Positions 1 through 2,400 of a stretch of 2,400 nt of DNA are shown here, one piece after another (position 1 is the stretch's first letter; each line of letters begins with the position of its first letter). This DNA comes from Escherichia coli (lineage in GTDB: Bacteria; Pseudomonadota; Gammaproteobacteria; Enterobacterales; Enterobacteriaceae). The notes under the pieces are model-generated. The model was not told the origin of the DNA. It saw nothing but the letters and a program-made list of their open reading frames with translations, and searched no databases. Location: assembly GCF_003334255.1 (NCBI RefSeq), contig NZ_QOWU01000135.1; one strand, given 5' to 3'. The translations under genes and the position numbers were made by a program.

Positions 1-22
1 AAAAACGAGTATTTTTAGTCAT
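1..22 (-). CDS. IS3-family transposase OrfA, N-terminal 7 codons only (MTKNTRF...), 3' part outside window
   Basis: ATG at 22-20 on the minus strand, preceded by AGAGG (minus strand, positions 35-31) at suitable spacing. The translation MTKNTRF is the characteristic start of IS629/IS1203-type OrfA. Only 22 nt are in the window, so the call rests on context. Confidence 0.5.
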
Positions 23-30
23 CCTGTTTA

Positions 31-35
31 CCTCT
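31..35 (-). promoter_or_regulatory. Shine-Dalgarno (AGAGG) for the IS3-family orfA
   Basis: AGAGG on the minus strand, 8 nt upstream of the ATG at 22-20. Confidence 0.45.
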
Positions 36-101
36 TTCTCAGGGAGTTTAGTCTCCAGGATTTCCGGGGCGGTTCAATCTGATATAGACGGACATCTAAG
101 T

Positions 102-527
102 ATGGAATTACAGGACTGGCGAAAAGAACCTCGTAAAAACTATTCGAATGAATTCAAACTTCGTATGGTGGAACTGGCATCACAACCTGGAGCTTGTGTT
201 GCACAGATTGCACGTGAAAATGGCGTCAATGATAATGTTATTTTCAAATGGCTCAGGCTCTGGCAGAACGAAGGGCGTGTTTCGCGGCGTCTTCCGGTAA
301 CGACCTCTTCTGACACTGGCGTTGAATTATTACCTGTAGAAATAACGCCGGATGAGCAGAAAGAACCTGTGGCGGCCATTGCGCCGTCTTTATCCACTTC
401 CACTCAGACCAGAGTCAGTGCCAGTTCCTGCAAGGTGGAATTCCGTCACGGTAACATGACGCTGGAAAATCCATCGCCAGAGCTGCTCACGGTGTTGATC
501 CGTGAACTGACCGGGAGGGGGCGATGA
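102..527 (+). CDS. tnpA: IS66-family TnpA (Orf1), small helix-turn-helix DNA-binding protein, 141 aa
   Basis: ORF track 102..527. The N-terminal segment NYSNEFKLRMVELASQPGACVAQIARENGVNDNVIFKWLRLW has the transposase-type HTH signature. It sits immediately upstream of tnpB and overlaps it by ATGA. The start at 102 is the first in-frame ATG but has a weak RBS; the frame stays open upstream, so the true start is uncertain. Confidence 0.85.
   Translation: MELQDWRKEPRKNYSNEFKLRMVELASQPGACVAQIARENGVNDNVIFKWLRLWQNEGRVSRRLPVTTSSDTGVELLPVEITPDEQKEPVAAIAPSLSTSTQTRVSASSCKVEFRHGNMTLENPSPELLTVLIRELTGRGR
514..518 (+). promoter_or_regulatory. Shine-Dalgarno (GGAGG within GGGAGGGGG) for tnpB, embedded in the 3' end of tnpA
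   Basis: GGAGG at 514-518, 5 nt upstream of the tnpB ATG at 524. Confidence 0.55.
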
Positions 528-874
528 TCTCGCTCCCATCAGACACTCGAATCTGGCTGGTTGCCGGCGTTACTGATATGCGTAAATCCTTCAACGGTCT
601 GGGTGAACAGGTACAACATGTGCTGGATGAGACCCCCTTCTCCGGTCACCTGTTCATCTTCCGTGGCCGACGGAGTGACATGATTAAAATCCTCTGGGCT
701 GATGCTGATGGTCTGTGCCTGTTCACCAAACGCCTGGAGGAAGGCCAGTTTATCTGGCCTGCGGTGCGTGACGGTAAGGTATCCATTACCCGCTCGCAGC
801 TGGCAATGCTCCTCGATAAGCTGGACTGGCGTCAGCCAAAAACATCCCGTCTTAACGCACTGACAATGTTGTAA
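524..874 (+). CDS. tnpB: IS66-family Orf2 / TnpB accessory protein, 116 aa
   Basis: ORF track 524..874. The translation MISLPSDTRIWLVAGVTDMRKSFNGLGEQVQ...IFRGRRSDMIKILWADADGLCLFTKRLE is the highly conserved IS66 Orf2 sequence. The ATG at 524-526 overlaps the tnpA TGA at 525-527, and a strong SD lies upstream. Confidence 0.9.
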   Translation: MISLPSDTRIWLVAGVTDMRKSFNGLGEQVQHVLDETPFSGHLFIFRGRRSDMIKILWADADGLCLFTKRLEEGQFIWPAVRDGKVSITRSQLAMLLDKLDWRQPKTSRLNALTML

Positions 875-904
875 AAATGTCATGGCCGGATTATAAAAAC
901 GGTC

Positions 905-2400
905 ATGAGTCGGAAATACCTCATTCGTATCACTGAGCTGGAAAGGCTGCTCTCTGAGCAGGCTGAAGCCCTCCGTCAGAAAGACCAGCAACTGAGTCTG
1001 GTTGAAGAGACGGAAGCCTTCCTGCGCTCTGCACTGACACGTGCCGAAGAAAAGATCGAAGAAGATGAACGGGAAATAGAACATCTGCGGGCTCAGATAG
1101 AAAAACTGCGCCGGATGCTGTTCGGTACCCGTTCTGAAAAACTGCGTCGTGAAGTTGAACTGGCTGAGGCTCTGCTGAAACAACGTGAACAGGACAGCGA
1201 TCGTTACAGTGGGCGGGAAGACGATCCTCAGGTTCCCCGCCAGTTGCGACAGTCGCGCCATCGTCGTCCGTTACCGGCACACCTTCCCCGTGAAATACAC
1301 CGCCTGGAGCCAGAAGAAAGCTGTTGCCCGGAGTGTGGCGGTGAGCTGGATTATCTGGGGGAAGTCAGCGCTGAACAGCTGGAACTGGTGAGCAGTGCCC
1401 TGAAAGTGATCCGCACAGAACGGGTAAAAAAAGCCTGTACAAAATGTGACTGTATTGTTGAAGCACCGGCGCCGTCCCGCCCGATAGAGCGTGGTATCGC
1501 GGGCCCCGGATTACTTGCCCGCGTGTTAACGGGAAAATACAGCGAACATCTGCCACTGTATCGTCAGAGTGAAATCTTTGCCCGCCAGGGTGTCGAACTG
1601 AGCCGGGCCTTACTCTCCAACTGGGTTGACGCGTGCTGCCAGTTAATGACACCGGTGAATGATGCCCTGTACCGTTATGTAATGAACACCCGCAAGGTTC
1701 ACACTGATGACACACCGGTAAAGGTACTGGCACCGGGTCAGAAAAAGGCGAAAACAGGGCGTATCTGGACGTATGTCCGGGATGATCGCAATGTGGGTTC
1801 GTCATCTCCTCCAGCGGTCTGGTTCGCGTACTCGCCGAACCGGCAGGGGAAACACCCGGAGCAACACCTCCGCCCCTTCCGGGGTATCCTGCAGGCGGAT
1901 GCGTTCACAGGTTACGACAGGTTGTTCAGTGCAGAACGTGAAGGTGGTGCACTGACAGAAGTTGCGTGCTGGGCCCATGCCCGGCGAAAAATCCACGATG
2001 TATACATCAGCAGCAAAAGTGCGACGGCAGAAGAAGCCCTGAAGCGAATCAGTGAACTGTACGCCATCGAGGATGAAATACGGGGATTACCGGAGTCAGA
2101 GCGTCTTGCCGTCAGGCAGCAGCGAAGCAAAGTGTTACTGACGTCGCTGCATGAATGGATGGTGGAGAAGAATGGTACGCTGTCGAAAAAATCCAGACTG
2201 GGCGAAGCGTTCAGCTATGTACTGAATCAGTGGGATGCCCTCTGTTATTACAGTGATGACGGTCTGGCGGAGGCGGATAATAATGCTGCGGAAAGAGCGC
2301 TTCGTGCAGTCTGTCTCGGAAAGAAAAACTCTTATGACCTTTGTCAAATATTGAGCCCAAAAAGACCTTACGCAGCTCCGGGAGCTTCGTTATATCGCGG
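905..2400 (+). CDS. tnpC: IS66-family transposase TnpC (DDE transposase), 3'-incomplete in window; the last ~23 codons diverge from the conserved family sequence
   Basis: Frame 2 is open from the ATG at 905 to the window end, and my own translation confirms it. The N-terminal region is a charged coiled coil (ELERLLSEQAEALRQKDQQL...IEHLRAQIEKLRRMLFGTRSEKL) containing the IS66 FGxxSEK motif. Candidate catalytic residues are D at 1706-1711 (HTDDTPV), D at 1898-1900 (ILQADAFTGY) and E at 2291-2293 (NNAAERALR). The start has no obvious SD. Confidence 0.85.
   Translation, partial: MSRKYLIRITELERLLSEQAEALRQKDQQLSLVEETEAFLRSALTRAEEKIEEDEREIEHLRAQIEKLRRMLFGTRSEKLRREVELAEALLKQREQDSDRYSGREDDPQVPRQLRQSRHRRPLPAHLPREIHRLEPEESCCPECGGELDYLGEVSAEQLELVSSALKVIRTERVKKACTKCDCIVEAPAPSRPIERGIAGPGLLARVLTGKYSEHLPLYRQSEIFARQGVELSRALLSNWVDACCQLMTPVNDALYRYVMNTRKVHTDDTPVKVLAPGQKKAKTGRIWTYVRDDRNVGSSSPPAVWFAYSPNRQGKHPEQHLRPFRGILQADAFTGYDRLFSAEREGGALTEVACWAHARRKIHDVYISSKSATAEEALKRISELYAIEDEIRGLPESERLAVRQQRSKVLLTSLHEWMVEKNGTLSKKSRLGEAFSYVLNQWDALCYYSDDGLAEADNNAAERALRAVCLGKKNSYDLCQILSPKRPYAAPGASLYR
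1322..1453 (+). other. Cys-rich zinc-ribbon motif within TnpC (CCPECGG ... CTKCDC)
   Basis: Translated cysteines at codons starting 1322, 1325 and 1334 (SCCPECGG) and at 1436, 1445 and 1451 (CTKCDC), spaced as in the IS66 transposase zinc-finger domain. Confidence 0.6.

Larger units (their letters stand above)
1..76 (-). mobile_element. Terminal segment of an IS3-family insertion sequence (IS629/IS1203-like), left end with terminal inverted repeat; the element body lies outside the window to the left
   Basis: Reverse complement of 1-76 reads 5'-TGAACCGCCCCGGAAATCCTGGAGACTAAACTCCCTGAGAAAGAGGTAAACAGGATGACTAAAAATACTCGTTTTT. It starts with the TG dinucleotide typical of IS3-family termini, followed by an AGAGG Shine-Dalgarno and an ATG opening MTKNTRF, which matches my recollection of the IS629/IS1203 left end and OrfA N-terminus. 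Element boundary placed at position 76. Confidence 0.6.
77..2400 (+). mobile_element. IS66-family insertion sequence (tnpA-tnpB-tnpC organisation), partial: left terminus apparently missing or truncated, right part runs off the window or is disrupted near 2330
   Basis: Three co-directional genes with the hallmark IS66 layout: a small HTH protein, a ~115 aa Orf2/TnpB overlapping by ATGA, and a large DDE transposase with an N-terminal coiled coil and zinc ribbon. No recognisable IS66 terminal inverted repeat (GTAAGCG-type) in 77-101. Confidence 0.8.

Noticed and set aside
77-101. Sigma70 promoter for tnpA in the junction spacer
   Set aside because: Only weak hexamer candidates (for example GATATA near 82-87), with no convincing -35 at proper spacing. 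The native IS66 promoter is probably missing, so no promoter is claimed.
140-403. 87-aa minus-strand ORF inside tnpA
   Set aside because: Antisense to tnpA, with no RBS or recognisable motif.
524-874. tnpB as a possible RNA-guided (OMEGA/Cas12-ancestor) nuclease
   Set aside because: This is a name coincidence. IS66 Orf2/TnpB is a small ~115 aa accessory protein unrelated to the ~400 aa RuvC-containing TnpB of the IS200/IS605 family. Nothing here suggests a guide RNA or RuvC motifs.
872-907. Programmed ribosomal frameshift between tnpB and tnpC
   Set aside because: The two genes are in the same frame and separated by a stop codon, so no frameshift is needed or possible. No slippery heptamer was seen.
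539-1261. 240-aa ORF on the minus strand
   Set aside because: It is antisense to the strongly supported tnpB and tnpC and spans their intergenic junction. The translation is low-complexity (F/Q/L-rich) with no recognisable domain, as expected for a chance antisense frame across coding DNA.
1185-1955. Plus-strand ORFs 1185-1391 and 1773-1955 in an alternate frame
   Set aside because: Both are embedded out of frame within tnpC, whose frame is continuous and carries the conserved motifs.
930-2347. Several minus-strand ORFs (930-1280, 1365-1805, 1802-1996, 1912-2130, 2135-2347)
   Set aside because: All lie antisense within tnpC, are mutually overlapping or tiled, and have proline/arginine/serine-rich translations typical of spurious frames opposite a GC-rich gene.
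1-2400. CRISPR arrays, tRNA/rRNA genes, tandem repeats
   Set aside because: No direct-repeat/spacer periodicity, no tRNA-like cloverleaf-forming segments and no tandem repetition were seen. The whole window is accounted for by the two IS elements.

Overview
This window is mobile-element DNA: I see no novel biological system in it, only two known insertion-sequence families joined together. Positions 1-76 are the terminal end of an IS3-family element (IS629/IS1203-like) on the minus strand, with the first 7 codons of its OrfA (MTKNTRF...) running out of the window to the left. From about 77 to the window end is an IS66-family element on the plus strand with the canonical three-gene layout: tnpA (102-527, HTH protein), tnpB (524-874, IS66 Orf2 accessory protein, overlapping tnpA by ATGA) and tnpC (905 to beyond 2400, DDE transposase with coiled-coil N-terminus, Cys-rich zinc ribbon and D/D/E residues). 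Two things deserve a second look. Only 25 bp separate the IS3-family terminus from the tnpA start, so the IS66 left end is probably truncated or interrupted by the IS3-family insertion. The last ~70 nt of the tnpC frame also depart from the conserved IS66 motif expected after the catalytic Glu, which suggests a second junction near 2330. All identifications rest on reading the ORF translations and on recalled family features; no database search was run.
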